Shown: positions 28,473-39,052 of the stretch, piece after piece | Layout: each line of letters opens with the position of its first letter | Position numbering within the stretch: the stretch's first letter is position 1 | Assembly (NCBI GenBank): GCA_050633245.1 | Contig: JBOEGD010000010.1 | Location: 93,987-157,986 of the forward strand | Direction of reading: 5' to 3' | Length of the DNA: 64,000 nt | Origin: Calditrichia bacterium | GTDB lineage: Bacteria; Calditrichota; Calditrichia; RBG-13-44-9; J075 | The notes under the pieces: generated by a model | What the model was told of the DNA's origin: nothing | Seen by the model: only the letters and a program-made list of their open reading frames with translations | Databases searched by the model: none | Made by a program: the position numbers and the translations under genes

Positions 28473-30650
28473 CTAGGCAAGTCTTTCAAGTAGTTCATCA
28501 AGAATTTTCTTGGCGGCAATAGGGATGACCGTTCCAGGGCCAAAAATTGCCGATGCGCCATTATTATAAAGAAACTCATAATCTTGTGCTGGAATAACCC
28601 CGCCCACAACAATCATGATATCATCGCGCTCAAGGGTTTCTAACTCTTCTACAAGCTGGGGAAGTAATGTTTTATGTCCGGCAGCCAGCGAGCTCATCCC
28701 AATAATATGCACATCATTTTCAACAGCTTGGCGTGCGGTTTCAGCAGGTGTTTGAAAAAGCGAGCCGATATCTACATCGAACCCCAAATCGGCAAAGGCT
28801 GTCGCAATTACTTTTGCGCCGCGATCGTGCCCATCCTGTCCCATCTTGGCAATCATGATTCTTGGCCTACGCCCTTCTTCTGCTTCGAAACGCTCCACGC
28901 GTTCCTGAATATCATCCACGGCATCTCCTTTTCCAAATGTGCTGCGATATACGCCAGAGATTGTTCGAATAACTGCAACATGCCTGCCGAATGCGGTTTC
29001 CATTGCGGTTGAAATTTCGCCAAGACTGGCACGGGCTCTCGCTGCCTCAACAGACAGGGCCAGTAAATTATCACTGTCATTCTTTGCAGCGTCAGCAAGC
29101 TTTTCCAAGGCATTGTCTACGGCCTGTTGATCGCGCTCTGCTCGCAGCGTAGCAAGTCTTTGCAGCTGAGCTTCGCGAACCGCCGTATTATCGACTTCAA
29201 GAATATCTATCGGTTCTACTGTTTCGGGGCGATAGCGATTTACGCCAACAATCACCTCCTGGCCAGAGTCTATCTGTGCCTGTCGGCGAGCTGCGGCTTC
29301 TTCAATGCGCATCTTTGGCAATCCGGTTTCAATGGCCTTCGCCATGCCACCAAGCCCGTCTATCTCTTTTAAATGTTCCCAGCCCTTACGAATGAGAGCA
29401 TCGGTAAGCGCCTCAACATAATACGAACCGCCCCAGGGGTCAATTACTCGGGTAATGCCCGTTTCTTCCTGAAGGAAAAGTTGAGTATTGCGTGCAATTC
29501 TCGCCGAAAAATCGGTTGGCAATGCAATGGCTTCATCGAGCGAGTTGGTGTGTAACGATTGGGTATGTCCCATGGCTGCTGCCATAGCTTCAATGCAGGT
29601 GCGTGCGACATTATTGAAAGGGTCTTGCTCGGTTAAACTCCAGCCGGAGGTTTGGCTATGTGTTCGAAGCGCCATTGACTTCGGATTGGTCGGATTGAAC
29701 TCTTTTATCAATCGGGCCCAGAGCACACGTGCCGCGCGCATTTTGGCAATCTCCATAAAATAGTTCATCCCTGTAGCCCAGAAGAATGACAGCCTGGGAG
29801 CAAAATCATCTATCGCAATACCGGCCTGCACACCAGCCCGAACGTATTCAAGGCCATCGGCGAGAGTGTAGGCCATTTCCAGGTCTGCCGTCGCGCCAGC
29901 CTCCTGCATGTGATAGCCGGAAATGCTAATTGAGTTGAACCTGGGCATATGTCTGGAGGTGTAGGAAAAAATATCGGCGATGATACGCATCGAATGTTTT
30001 GGCGGATAGATATATGTATTGCGCACCATATACTCTTTGAGAATATCGTTCTGGATAGTCCCGGCCAGCTTCTCTTGCGATACCCCCTGCTCTTCTGCAG
30101 TAACGATATAGAATGCCATTATGGGTAACACAGCACCATTCATCGTCATGGAAACGGAAATGGCGTCTAAAGGAATTTTATCAAACAGAATTTTCATGTC
30201 CAGAATGGAATCAATTGCCACTCCGGCCTTACCCACATCGCTTGTTACACGCTCGTGGTCAGAATCGTATCCACGATGAGTGGCAAGATCAAATGCAACA
30301 GACAACCCCTTTTGTCCCGCAGCAAGGTTGCGTCTATAAAACGCATTACTCTCTTCCGCAGTAGAAAAGCCGGCGTATTGCCGAACGGTCCAGGGTCGCA
30401 TTACATACATCGTGGCATAGGGACCTCGCAAATAGGGAGCAACACCAGCTGTAAACTTTAGATGGCTGATATTTTTTATGTCGTTAGCAGTATACAATGG
30501 CTGAATAGGAATTTGCTCATTAGTGCGCCAAATGTCTTCTTCTACCCGGGAATCTGTTTCAGAAGAATACTTTCTGTTCCACTCCTTTTTATCAGAAGTG
30601 CCGCCGGGCATCTGCCAATCCATTGCCGAGAAGTCAGGAAATGTTTTCAT
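28473..30650 (-). CDS. scpA: Methylmalonyl-CoA mutase, catalytic (large) subunit
   Basis: [29 protein letters not shown] and B12-binding DGHDRG; ATG 30650 overlaps the upstream stop (ATGA). Confidence 0.96.
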   Translation of the reverse strand: MKTFPDFSAMDWQMPGGTSDKKEWNRKYSSETDSRVEEDIWRTNEQIPIQPLYTANDIKNISHLKFTAGVAPYLRGPYATMYVMRPWTVRQYAGFSTAEESNAFYRRNLAAGQKGLSVAFDLATHRGYDSDHERVTSDVGKAGVAIDSILDMKILFDKIPLDAISVSMTMNGAVLPIMAFYIVTAEEQGVSQEKLAGTIQNDILKEYMVRNTYIYPPKHSMRIIADIFSYTSRHMPRFNSISISGYHMQEAGATADLEMAYTLADGLEYVRAGVQAGIAIDDFAPRLSFFWATGMNYFMEIAKMRAARVLWARLIKEFNPTNPKSMALRTHSQTSGWSLTEQDPFNNVARTCIEAMAAAMGHTQSLHTNSLDEAIALPTDFSARIARNTQLFLQEETGITRVIDPWGGSYYVEALTDALIRKGWEHLKEIDGLGGMAKAIETGLPKMRIEEAAARRQAQIDSGQEVIVGVNRYRPETVEPIDILEVDNTAVREAQLQRLATLRAERDQQAVDNALEKLADAAKNDSDNLLALSVEAARARASLGEISTAMETAFGRHVAVIRTISGVYRSTFGKGDAVDDIQERVERFEAEEGRRPRIMIAKMGQDGHDRGAKVIATAFADLGFDVDIGSLFQTPAETARQAVENDVHIIGMSSLAAGHKTLLPQLVEELETLERDDIMIVVGGVIPAQDYEFLYNNGASAIFGPGTVIPIAAKKILDELLERLA

Positions 30651-32746
30651 ATTTTTTCCTCCAGTGCCACAACAATATGCTGTAGCGCCTGCAAAATATC
30701 GCAACCGCTGTAAATGAATCCGTCAACACCCGCAGTTCGCAAGGTGGCTTCGTTTTCACCGGGACGGCCAGCAATCAAAACCCGTGCGTCGATGCCGCTT
30801 TCGCGCATAGCTGCAACATAGGTTATCGCATGCTCCTTGTAAAGCGCGTCACTGCTACACAGAACGATCACCGCATCCTTGCGCTCTGGCAGGAGAGGGT
30901 AGAGAGAGAGTGACTCATCAGGGTCTATGATACGATCGCCAGTTAAACCGGCAGTTGCAAAAAGATTCTCTGTAAACTCGACTCTCAGCCGGTAATCACG
31001 AGGCTTTCCCAGACAAACAAAGGCAATGCTTCTCAATCCATTTGCTGCATTAACCCGCAATGCCTGCACATCTCTGCGAAGCTGCTCAAACATTTCCGCC
31101 CCACGCTGCATATTAAGCGTGGCAATTTCATGAATCTCAGAATCACCCAGAGACTTTGCAATTCCCGTCACTGTAATGCCGCCGCTGATTGCTCTACAAA
31201 TTGTGTCAAAGGCTTCCTCATTGACCACGGAAAGCCCGGAGCTCATTGGGTTCGAGCGGTTTGCAGTCATGCTTGCAGAGTGTGTTTCAGAAGCGGCACT
31301 TTTTTCCGAATCTAAATTCAGGTTCTCAGCAGGATTCGCATATCGATTGCTCCCCACCAGCGTATCTTTCACTCTTCTTAAGCGTAAAAGTCGGTTCTCG
31401 GCCGTTGCGGCAATTCGCTTTTGAAGTGCTGACGTTTTGAGCGACTCAAGAACTCCACCTTCAATTTCCAGCTCGCGAAAACAAGACCATGCCCTTTCAG
31501 CAAGTTGAGCCGTTAACTTTTCAACATAGGATGAGCCACCGGCAGGATCGACAACCCGATGAAAATGACTTTCTTCCCGCAGAATATGATGAATGTTTCT
31601 CGCTACCCTTCGCGAGAAGCTCGAAGAGTTTTCCGATAGGGCATTGAAAGGCGCAATATCGATACTGTTGCTACCACCAATCACGGCAGACATGGCCTCG
31701 GTGGTAGCACGCAGGATATTGACATGGGGGTCGAGCAATGTTTTATTCCAACGCGAGGTTTCACAATGGATTGTCATGTTCTGTGCAGCTTCGCCATCAC
31801 CAAATTCTTCAAGTATGCGAGTCCACAGCAAACGAGCTGCGCGTAGTTTGGCAATTTCCATAAAGAAATTCGAACCACAGGCAAATGAAAAGCAGAATTC
31901 ATTAGCGAGAGTTGTCAAATCCGTTTCGGGGCGTTTGCTCAGTATGTTTCGCAGATAGGCAACCGCAATCGACATGGCAATTCCCAGCTCTTCGACAGCA
32001 GAGGCGCCTGCTGTATGAAATGGGGTTACATCAACAGCGAGCAATTTAATATTCCGGAAGAAATTGGCCTTGTAGCCCTGTAACTGCTGTTGCTCTTTTA
32101 ATAGATCCGCCATGCTGCGTGGCAGTACGCCGAGGCGAGCATAATCGGCAATAGGATCAGATATTATTCTACCGAAGATGTCGCCAGAAGACAAATTTTC
32201 CTGCTTCAGATAGGCACTTAATGCAGCTGCTAATACAGAGCTGCTGCTCGCATCGCAGCGAATAAATAGCGGAACGGCTGCAAGGTCGACATCCTGCAAA
32301 AGCCCGGAGAAATCTTTTATGTCGCGAATTATAATTGCACCTTCAATACGCGAATCAATTCCCGATGTCAGCAAAACACTTACGGCATTTTCGCCGGACT
32401 TTAATCCATCCAGAATGGCTGAGTTTGCATCAACCGGAGACATTTTGCTAATGGTTTGGGCAATATGCCAGCCGCGCGTTTGGCCGGAAGCATTCACACC
32501 TCGTAAAAATGGCGTTTGGCCGGGGTAAGAGACCTGCAGCCTGTGTCCGAGTTCATCCCACATGCTATAAAGTGGCTGTAGAGTTATACCTTCCGGAGTT
32601 GACGTAAGAAGCGTTTTTTCGAACGACTTTCCCTTCAGCAGTTTATCTGCAGCTGTGCGCCACATATCAGGTGTTGCTTCATCGAAGAAACGCTCCAAAT
32701 CCGGAGCTTCAGCGAGAGGTGGTTTAGCGAATTCATTCGTTTCCAT
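30647..32746 (-). CDS. mutA: Methylmalonyl-CoA mutase small (non-catalytic) subunit
   Basis: [39 protein letters not shown] and VLCSSD; lacks DxHxxG. Confidence 0.88.
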   Translation of the reverse strand: METNEFAKPPLAEAPDLERFFDEATPDMWRTAADKLLKGKSFEKTLLTSTPEGITLQPLYSMWDELGHRLQVSYPGQTPFLRGVNASGQTRGWHIAQTISKMSPVDANSAILDGLKSGENAVSVLLTSGIDSRIEGAIIIRDIKDFSGLLQDVDLAAVPLFIRCDASSSSVLAAALSAYLKQENLSSGDIFGRIISDPIADYARLGVLPRSMADLLKEQQQLQGYKANFFRNIKLLAVDVTPFHTAGASAVEELGIAMSIAVAYLRNILSKRPETDLTTLANEFCFSFACGSNFFMEIAKLRAARLLWTRILEEFGDGEAAQNMTIHCETSRWNKTLLDPHVNILRATTEAMSAVIGGSNSIDIAPFNALSENSSSFSRRVARNIHHILREESHFHRVVDPAGGSSYVEKLTAQLAERAWSCFRELEIEGGVLESLKTSALQKRIAATAENRLLRLRRVKDTLVGSNRYANPAENLNLDSEKSAASETHSASMTANRSNPMSSGLSVVNEEAFDTICRAISGGITVTGIAKSLGDSEIHEIATLNMQRGAEMFEQLRRDVQALRVNAANGLRSIAFVCLGKPRDYRLRVEFTENLFATAGLTGDRIIDPDESLSLYPLLPERKDAVIVLCSSDALYKEHAITYVAAMRESGIDARVLIAGRPGENEATLRTAGVDGFIYSGCDILQALQHIVVALEEKI

Positions 32747-32814
32747 AAAGATTCCTGATGATAGAGTTCTGCTTCAAATTAAACAGAATTCATCCATCAT
32801 TCCATGAAAATATT

Positions 32815-33522
32815 TCAAGTTATCAATCCAGCCTCCCGAAAACTATAAAAGTTGCGTGCGCCGATTATGATATGGTCAAGCACCGGAATATTTAGTAACT
32901 GTCCTGCTTCAACCATACGCTGAGTAATCGACTCATCTTCGAAAGACGGCTTCACCTCTCCACTGGGGTGATTATGAAGTAAAATGATGCTCGCAGCCGT
33001 TTCAAGAATTGCAGCTTTGAAAACCTCACGCGGATGCACCAGGGAGGCATTAAGAATCCCTTCACTTATCTGAATATCGCGAACCAGAATATTAGCGCTG
33101 TTCAAAACAAGTATCAGGAAACGCTCTTTTTTCAGATGAGCTAACTGTGGAGAATACCGCAAATAAACGGTTTCTGGCTCCGTTATCTTAAGACGTTCCT
33201 GCTTTGGAGCAACAGCCATGCGACGCCCCAACTCAAACGCAGAGATGAGCGTAACGGCCTTTGCCGGACCAAATCCATACAGACGAGCCAGTTCACTGGA
33301 GTTCATCGCAGCCAGATCATGTAAATGACCATAGCGAGATAAGATCCCCTTGGCAAGGTCAACCGCGCTGTGTTGGCGCGTGCCGGTTCGAATGAGAATT
33401 GCCAATAACTCGGCGTTGCTCAAACTTTCCGCACCAAGGCACATCAATTTCTCTCGCGGGCGTTCGCCTTCCGGCCAATTTCGAATAGATTCGCTATAGT
33501 GAAGTGAAGGTTCCTTTTCCAT
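32815..33522 (-). CDS. radC: RadC/JAB-domain protein
   Basis: ERPREKL..LGAESLSNAELLAIL, VHPREVF, HNHPSG and LDHIII; start uncertain (33522 or 33561). Confidence 0.92.
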   Translation of the reverse strand: MEKEPSLHYSESIRNWPEGERPREKLMCLGAESLSNAELLAILIRTGTRQHSAVDLAKGILSRYGHLHDLAAMNSSELARLYGFGPAKAVTLISAFELGRRMAVAPKQERLKITEPETVYLRYSPQLAHLKKERFLILVLNSANILVRDIQISEGILNASLVHPREVFKAAILETAASIILLHNHPSGEVKPSFEDESITQRMVEAGQLLNIPVLDHIIIGARNFYSFREAGLIT

Positions 33523-33604
33523 AGTTCCCGCGTGTTTGGTAGAATTCAGGGAGACGCTCAATATCTCTTAGAGGAAAAGGTGTGTTTTTTGAATTTTGAC
33601 TAAA

Positions 33605-34696
33605 TTAATTTCTGGCGAGAAGTTCTTTAAAGAAGCGTTCGACATTATTTACCATGCGCTCGACCGTGAAATTTTCCATTATTTGCTTTCGGGCAGCATC
33701 ACCAATCGACTTTCGTTTCTCGGGATCAGCGAGAAGTTCGAGGACCGCCTGAGTCATTCTGTTGACATCACGCTCGTTAAAAACAATACCCATTTGGGGA
33801 TCAGTAATCATTTCACGCGTTCCACCGACATCAAATGAGACGACTGGCTTACCTGCGAACATCGCTTCCAGAACCACATTTGGCAATCCCTCATGATTCG
33901 AAGTTTGAATAACCACATCACAAAGTGTGTAAAATTCCATCACGTTTTGCTGAAAACCGAGCATACGGACAGACTCTTCAATTCCTAACGACCTGGCATA
34001 TGCTTCAATCTCTTCACGCATCGGGCCATCACCAGCGATAATGAAACAGACGTCCTTGCGTTTTGCGATGATGCCTTTAGCGACATCCAAAAATTGTTTG
34101 TGCTGCTTTTGCGGAACCAATCGGCCAAAAATGCCAACAACCAGATCATCGGGGGCAATAGCGTGTGATTTTCGGGTCACTTCATGATCAAATTCAATCG
34201 ATTGATCTTTACTGATGCCATTGTGAACTACGCGCATAAACGACTCATCCAGCCAGCCAAACTTCAGGTATTGTTCCTTGATTAAATTATTCGGCATAAT
34301 AATTCCGCTGGCCAGCCAGGGATAGGTGTATTTATACACGCGATTATTTTTCAAAATCGGCAATCCGTTGCGACCTACCAGCACATTTTTGCCGGCAAAC
34401 TTGCGAGCAACACCTGCCAGACGGGTGTCTTTATTCAGGTTCGTCACAATCACGTCGATCTCCAGCTTGCGGAATAGTCTTGCCAGCTGCATAATTGCGC
34501 GTGGCCCAAAATCGCTTTTTACATCAATTGGAAAGGTCGTCAGTCCCATAGACTCACAGCGCTCCAAAAAAAGTGACTGTGGACGTCCGCCAAAATACAC
34601 ATTATGTCCGCGACTTTTCAGATGGGATCCGCTGGTAAACATCCAGCGTTCCACACCACCAAGATTTCGTTCGCTATCAAAGTAAAATATGTTCAT
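33605..34696 (-). CDS. Glycosyltransferase family 4
   Basis: GGVERW, VHNGI, GRLVPQK and EGLPNVVLEAM; ATG 34696. Confidence 0.88.
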   Translation of the reverse strand: MNIFYFDSERNLGGVERWMFTSGSHLKSRGHNVYFGGRPQSLFLERCESMGLTTFPIDVKSDFGPRAIMQLARLFRKLEIDVIVTNLNKDTRLAGVARKFAGKNVLVGRNGLPILKNNRVYKYTYPWLASGIIMPNNLIKEQYLKFGWLDESFMRVVHNGISKDQSIEFDHEVTRKSHAIAPDDLVVGIFGRLVPQKQHKQFLDVAKGIIAKRKDVCFIIAGDGPMREEIEAYARSLGIEESVRMLGFQQNVMEFYTLCDVVIQTSNHEGLPNVVLEAMFAGKPVVSFDVGGTREMITDPQMGIVFNERDVNRMTQAVLELLADPEKRKSIGDAARKQIMENFTVERMVNNVERFFKELLARN

Positions 34697-34741
34697 TGTT
34701 TTAACTAAAAGTTCAGAGTTCAAAATTCAAGGTTATACTTC

Positions 34742-34766
34742 GAGACGCGAAGCATCGCGTCGTTAC
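34742..34766 (-). repeat. GTAG-type REP-like hairpin
   Basis: Minus strand GTAACGACGCGA-TGCT-TCGCGTCTC with a 7-bp perfect stem. Confidence 0.55.
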
Positions 34767-34773
34767 TACCTCA

Positions 34774-34844
34774 CTGCCTTGCTGCCTTGCTGCCTTGCTG
34801 CCTTGCTGCCTTGCTGCCTTGCTGCCTTGCTGCCTTGCTGCCTT
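34774..34844. repeat. 8-bp tandem repeat (CTGCCTTG)x8.9
   Basis: Perfect tandem array starting at the ABC transporter stop codon. Confidence 0.95.
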
Positions 34845-36732
34845 ATTCATCCGCATTCCCAGTCTGAAACTGTAGCTCATAGAGATGTTTATAGCGCTTC
34901 GAACGCTTGAGAAGTTCATCGTGCTTGCCAATATCGGTAATTCGGCCATCTTCGAGAACAATAATTTTGTCCGAATGAATAATGGATGACAACCGATGCG
35001 CAATCATCAATACGGTGCGATCCTTCATCAGGTTTTCAATCGCTTCCTGGATAAGGAATTCAGATTCAGAGTCGAGTGCTGAAGTCGCTTCATCAAAGAT
35101 GAGAATAGGTGGATTCTTCAAAATTGCACGTGCGATGGAAATACGCTGTCGCTGTCCACCGGAAAGCAATACCCCTCTCTCCCCGACTATCGTATCAAAT
35201 CCATCAGGAAAGTCCATGATAAAGTCGTAAGCATTAGCCAGCTTGGCCGCAGCTTCAACTTTTTCACGCGGGAAATTTTCATGCCCGTAGGCGATATTGG
35301 AAGCAATACTTTCGTTGAAGAGAAAGACTTCCTGGGTAACAATGCCCATCATTTGACGGATATCGCTCTGCTTGATGTCTCGGATGTCGGCGCCATCAAT
35401 GGAAATAGCTCCCTCAACGACATCATAAAATCGCGGTAGCAAATTCACAATGGTCGTCTTACCACCACCGCTGCTGCCAACAAAAGCGACTTTCTCATTT
35501 TTGTGAATAGTAAGATTGATATCCTGCAACACTAATTCGCTACTTTCTCCATAGCGAAACGTAACATCCTTGTATTCCACACGGTCATCAAAGGTTGCTT
35601 TATCGATGGCATTCGGACGATCTGCAATTCCAACCTCGGTATCCATCAGCTCAAAAATCCGCTGTCCGGAGGCCAGGGCAATTTGAATATTATTGTTAAG
35701 CGCACTAATGCTTTTTAGCGGTTCCATTAACGTGAACAGGAAAACAATAAAGCGAATAAAGTCTTCCGAGCTTAATAGCTCCCCTTCAAGCACCAAACGA
35801 CCGCCAAACCAGATAACGCTTACCATTACGGCAACGCCTACCGTCTCGGAAAATGGACGCGACAGCCGGTTCAGCCGCACTTGGCGCAGAACCGCTTTAT
35901 AATGGCTTTCAGTGAGGTCTTCAAAGCGCTTGCCTTCGTGGGACTCCATCGCAAATGCTTTTACAACCTTAATACCGGAAAGAGATTCCTGCAAGAATCG
36001 CGTAATATCGGAGATGCGTTCCTGCACGCGCTTACTCTTGCGCTTTAGGCTGCGCCCAACGGTTTGAATCAGAATGCTGGTGAGTGGCAGAATGGTAAGA
36101 GCTATCAGGGTAAGCTGCCAGCTAATGCTAAACAATAACAGTAGGTATAAAAGTATAAGAACAGGATCGCGTATAATCTTGGTAAAACCGCGATTCACGG
36201 CGACATTTACCGCATTGATATCATTGGTCACCCGTGATATAAGCGCACCGATCTCATTGCCATTAAAAAAGGCCATAGGCTGTTTTAGGATGTGTTCATA
36301 TAGCTGAAGACGCAGATCGCGAATCACGCGCTGTTCGATAAAGCTGACAAAATAGAATTCCAGAAAGGCAAACATATTCTTCAGGAAAAAGGTAAGAAAA
36401 ATAAACATGCAGAGATATTTTAGCGTCTCTAACCGATCATTGTTCTGAAACCAACCAGCGGTATTTTGCTTCATCCAAGCATTGAGGTTCCAGAAGCTGA
36501 CCGATTTTTCGGGCGGCTTTTCTACATCAGTCCGGGTCTGTTCAGCTACAGGCTGATCACTGCTAAAAAGCGCTGTAATAACCGGGGCAACCATCCAAAC
36601 TGATAGCGTACTAAAAATTACGAAGAAAAAATTACAGACGAAGACCAGGATTATTTTCCGGTAGTACGGCTTCAAATAAGAAATGATTCGCAGATACAGC
36701 GCGAGGTTGTTGTATTGTTTTGCTTGCTCCAT
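34843..36732 (-). CDS. MsbA-like ABC transporter (fused permease/ATPase)
   Basis: Multi-TM N-terminal domain, GSSGGGKT, LSGGQRQR, IFDEATSALD and IAHRLS; next to a GT4 gene. Confidence 0.88.
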   Translation of the reverse strand: MEQAKQYNNLALYLRIISYLKPYYRKIILVFVCNFFFVIFSTLSVWMVAPVITALFSSDQPVAEQTRTDVEKPPEKSVSFWNLNAWMKQNTAGWFQNNDRLETLKYLCMFIFLTFFLKNMFAFLEFYFVSFIEQRVIRDLRLQLYEHILKQPMAFFNGNEIGALISRVTNDINAVNVAVNRGFTKIIRDPVLILLYLLLLFSISWQLTLIALTILPLTSILIQTVGRSLKRKSKRVQERISDITRFLQESLSGIKVVKAFAMESHEGKRFEDLTESHYKAVLRQVRLNRLSRPFSETVGVAVMVSVIWFGGRLVLEGELLSSEDFIRFIVFLFTLMEPLKSISALNNNIQIALASGQRIFELMDTEVGIADRPNAIDKATFDDRVEYKDVTFRYGESSELVLQDINLTIHKNEKVAFVGSSGGGKTTIVNLLPRFYDVVEGAISIDGADIRDIKQSDIRQMMGIVTQEVFLFNESIASNIAYGHENFPREKVEAAAKLANAYDFIMDFPDGFDTIVGERGVLLSGGQRQRISIARAILKNPPILIFDEATSALDSESEFLIQEAIENLMKDRTVLMIAHRLSSIIHSDKIIVLEDGRITDIGKHDELLKRSKRYKHLYELQFQTGNADE

Positions 36733-36796
36733 AATCAGTCACTCTTTTATAAGAGGAGGCAATTGTACGCAAAAATGGCGGCGAACACAAATAGAT

Positions 36797-36841
36797 AGGT
36801 TTTTAGTAGCGCGGGTCTTAAGCCGCGTTACTAAAAAACCT
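36797..36841. repeat. Long imperfect inverted repeat / GTAG-tagged hairpin in the divergent promoter region
   Basis: AGGTTTTTAGTAGCGCGG-GTCTTAAG-CCGCGTTACTAAAAAACCT. Confidence 0.6.
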
Positions 36842-36936
36842 GAAACCTGCCTTCCCATTTTTCAATTGGAGAAAGCCCGGTAATAGATTACATTTAGGCG
36901 AAATTTGTTAATATGGATCTGTAAAGCAGTAAATAA

Positions 36937-37926
36937 ATGAATAGTTTCTCACGGACGGCCCGGGCTCACGCCAATATCGCTCTGATAAAATACTGGGGTA
37001 AGCGTCATATTCCCTTAAATCTTCCCGCTGTCGGCTCAATTTCACTTACTCTCGAAGCACTCACAACCACAACAACCGTATCCTTCAGTCCCAATCTCGA
37101 TGGCGACAGCCTATTTCTTAACGATATCCGGGCAAACGACAAGCAGGGCAAAAGGGTCTTTGAATTTCTAGACAGAATTCGCGGTTTAGCCAACATCTCC
37201 CACTATGCCGCTGTTCGCAGTGAAAATAATTTTCCAACCGGTGCCGGACTCGCTTCTTCAGCGTCCGGATTTGCTGCGCTTGCAGTAGCTGCGGCAGGAG
37301 CCGCCAGGCTGGATCTGCCAAGCACTAAACTTTCCGAGCTCGCTCGACTGGGCTCAGGCTCAGCTGCCCGCTCTATATTTGGTGGATTTGTAGAAATGCA
37401 CCTTGGGGAAGAAGAAGACGGCAGTGATGCGATTGCAACTCAAATTGAGAATAAAGATTACTGGCCACTTGAGCTGCTGATTCTGATCACATCCACAGAG
37501 CATAAGAAAATCGGTTCGACTGAAGGCATGAATCGCACGGCGGAAACCTCTCCCTTTTATCAACAATGGGTCGATACCGGGCCAAAAGATATGCGGGCAA
37601 TGAAAGACGCGATTTCCAGCAAAGACTTTTCATATCTTGGCGAATTAACGGAATACAGCTGTTTGAAAATGCATGCGCTGGCTATGGCTGCAAACCCCGG
37701 AATTATTTACTGGAATCCGCTAACGATGCGCTTGATTGAAACGGTTCGCGAAATGCGAGCTGGCGGGCTGGAAGCCTACTTCACAATTGATGCCGGCCCA
37801 CAGGTTAAGGTAATCTGCAAACCGGAAGATAGTGAGCAACTCAGAGCAAAGCTTCGGGAGATCCCCGGAATTAAATCCATCCTTCACACCCGTTTGGGTG
37901 GCCCGGCAAAACTTCTTGATAGCTAA
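36937..37926 (+). CDS. mvaD: Diphosphomevalonate decarboxylase
   Basis: ANIALIKYWGK, NNFPTGAGLASSASG, ARLGSGSAARS and FTIDAGPQV. Confidence 0.94.
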   Translation: MNSFSRTARAHANIALIKYWGKRHIPLNLPAVGSISLTLEALTTTTTVSFSPNLDGDSLFLNDIRANDKQGKRVFEFLDRIRGLANISHYAAVRSENNFPTGAGLASSASGFAALAVAAAGAARLDLPSTKLSELARLGSGSAARSIFGGFVEMHLGEEEDGSDAIATQIENKDYWPLELLILITSTEHKKIGSTEGMNRTAETSPFYQQWVDTGPKDMRAMKDAISSKDFSYLGELTEYSCLKMHALAMAANPGIIYWNPLTMRLIETVREMRAGGLEAYFTIDAGPQVKVICKPEDSEQLRAKLREIPGIKSILHTRLGGPAKLLDS

Positions 37927-38990
37927 TGAGTAGCGCATCTACCACGACCTTTTCCTCACCCGGCAAACTGATTCTTATCGGAGAGTATGCCGTGCTGGAG
38001 AAGGCTCCGGCAGTCGTTATGGCGGTCAATCGCACCGCCAACGTAGCAATCAGGAAAATTGATGGACCGGCACAGGTGTCTGCACCGGGGCTTCATATCC
38101 ACAATGCCGTTTTTCACATTGAAGGCGACACGCTGCAATGGAGCAATTGCTCGACGAAGCAGCAGCAGGCACTGCGCTTTTTTGAGGCTGCAATTATAGA
38201 AAGCCGGATGGTTTCGCATAAGACATCTCCCCTACCGCTCATAAATGTTCATTTTAGACTGGATACGGCCCAGTTTTATCTTCCTGGTAGCACAACCAAG
38301 CTCGGCTTCGGCTCCTCTGCGTCGTTAACCTATGCGGTTGTGTCGGCAGCGTTAAACCATATGCAGCCGCAGCTACAACAATCCCCACAGCTTCTGCTGC
38401 CCATTGCTTCCGCAGCTCATTATAGGGCTCAAAAGAAAGTAGGTAGTGGAATAGACGTCGCTGCCGCGGCCTACACCGGTCTGCTAAAGTATGAATTGAT
38501 CGAAAAGAACAATCCAACAACGGCAGAAGTTACGCCGCTATCCTGGCCGGATGATTTGCATTTAAGCTGCGTGTTTAGTGGAAAAGCAGTTTCAACACGC
38601 GATTTGGTCGCGACCATTTACACACTGAAGCAGAATAAACTCACACAATTCGTCGATCATATAAGTGTAATGACCTCGCAGGCAACTGATGCCTGCAGCG
38701 CTCTTGCTCATGCTGATACAGCTCGTTTCGTCGACATAGCAGACGCCTACGGCGACTCGATGCGCCTTCTCGGAGAAGCAGCCGGAGCCGATATAGTATC
38801 TGAAGATCATAAACAATTGAAGCAGATCGCCAATGCACAAGGTGCAGCCTACAAGCCTTCAGGCGCTGGAGGTGGCGACATTGGGGTTGCGCTTTCGACC
38901 AGCAAAGACTGTATTCTACGCAGCGAAGAGGCATTTCGTAAGGCGGGATATTTAGTTATTGATCTTGCGCCATACTATCGCCAGATTTAG
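37926..38990 (+). CDS. Phosphomevalonate kinase (GHMP family)
   Basis: PGKLILIGEYAVL, KLGFGSSAS, GSGIDVAAA and KPSGAGGGD; translationally coupled to mvaD. Confidence 0.82.
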   Translation: MSSASTTTFSSPGKLILIGEYAVLEKAPAVVMAVNRTANVAIRKIDGPAQVSAPGLHIHNAVFHIEGDTLQWSNCSTKQQQALRFFEAAIIESRMVSHKTSPLPLINVHFRLDTAQFYLPGSTTKLGFGSSASLTYAVVSAALNHMQPQLQQSPQLLLPIASAAHYRAQKKVGSGIDVAAAAYTGLLKYELIEKNNPTTAEVTPLSWPDDLHLSCVFSGKAVSTRDLVATIYTLKQNKLTQFVDHISVMTSQATDACSALAHADTARFVDIADAYGDSMRLLGEAAGADIVSEDHKQLKQIANAQGAAYKPSGAGGGDIGVALSTSKDCILRSEEAFRKAGYLVIDLAPYYRQI

Positions 38991-39052
38991 GCGAGTAAGA
39001 ACAGATAATTATAATTGAAAGAATAGATACAGGATTGCGATATAAGGACACT

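Noticed and set aside
32747-32814. Cobalamin riboswitch upstream of methylmalonyl-CoA mutase
   Set aside because: Only 68 bp and no B12-box sequence
32815-33561. radC as a marker of an ICE or prophage
   Set aside because: Full-length chromosomal type among core genes, with no integrase or att sites
34689-35003. ORFs with repeated LLPCCLAA or KAARQQGS peptides
   Set aside because: Translations of the 8-bp DNA tandem repeat
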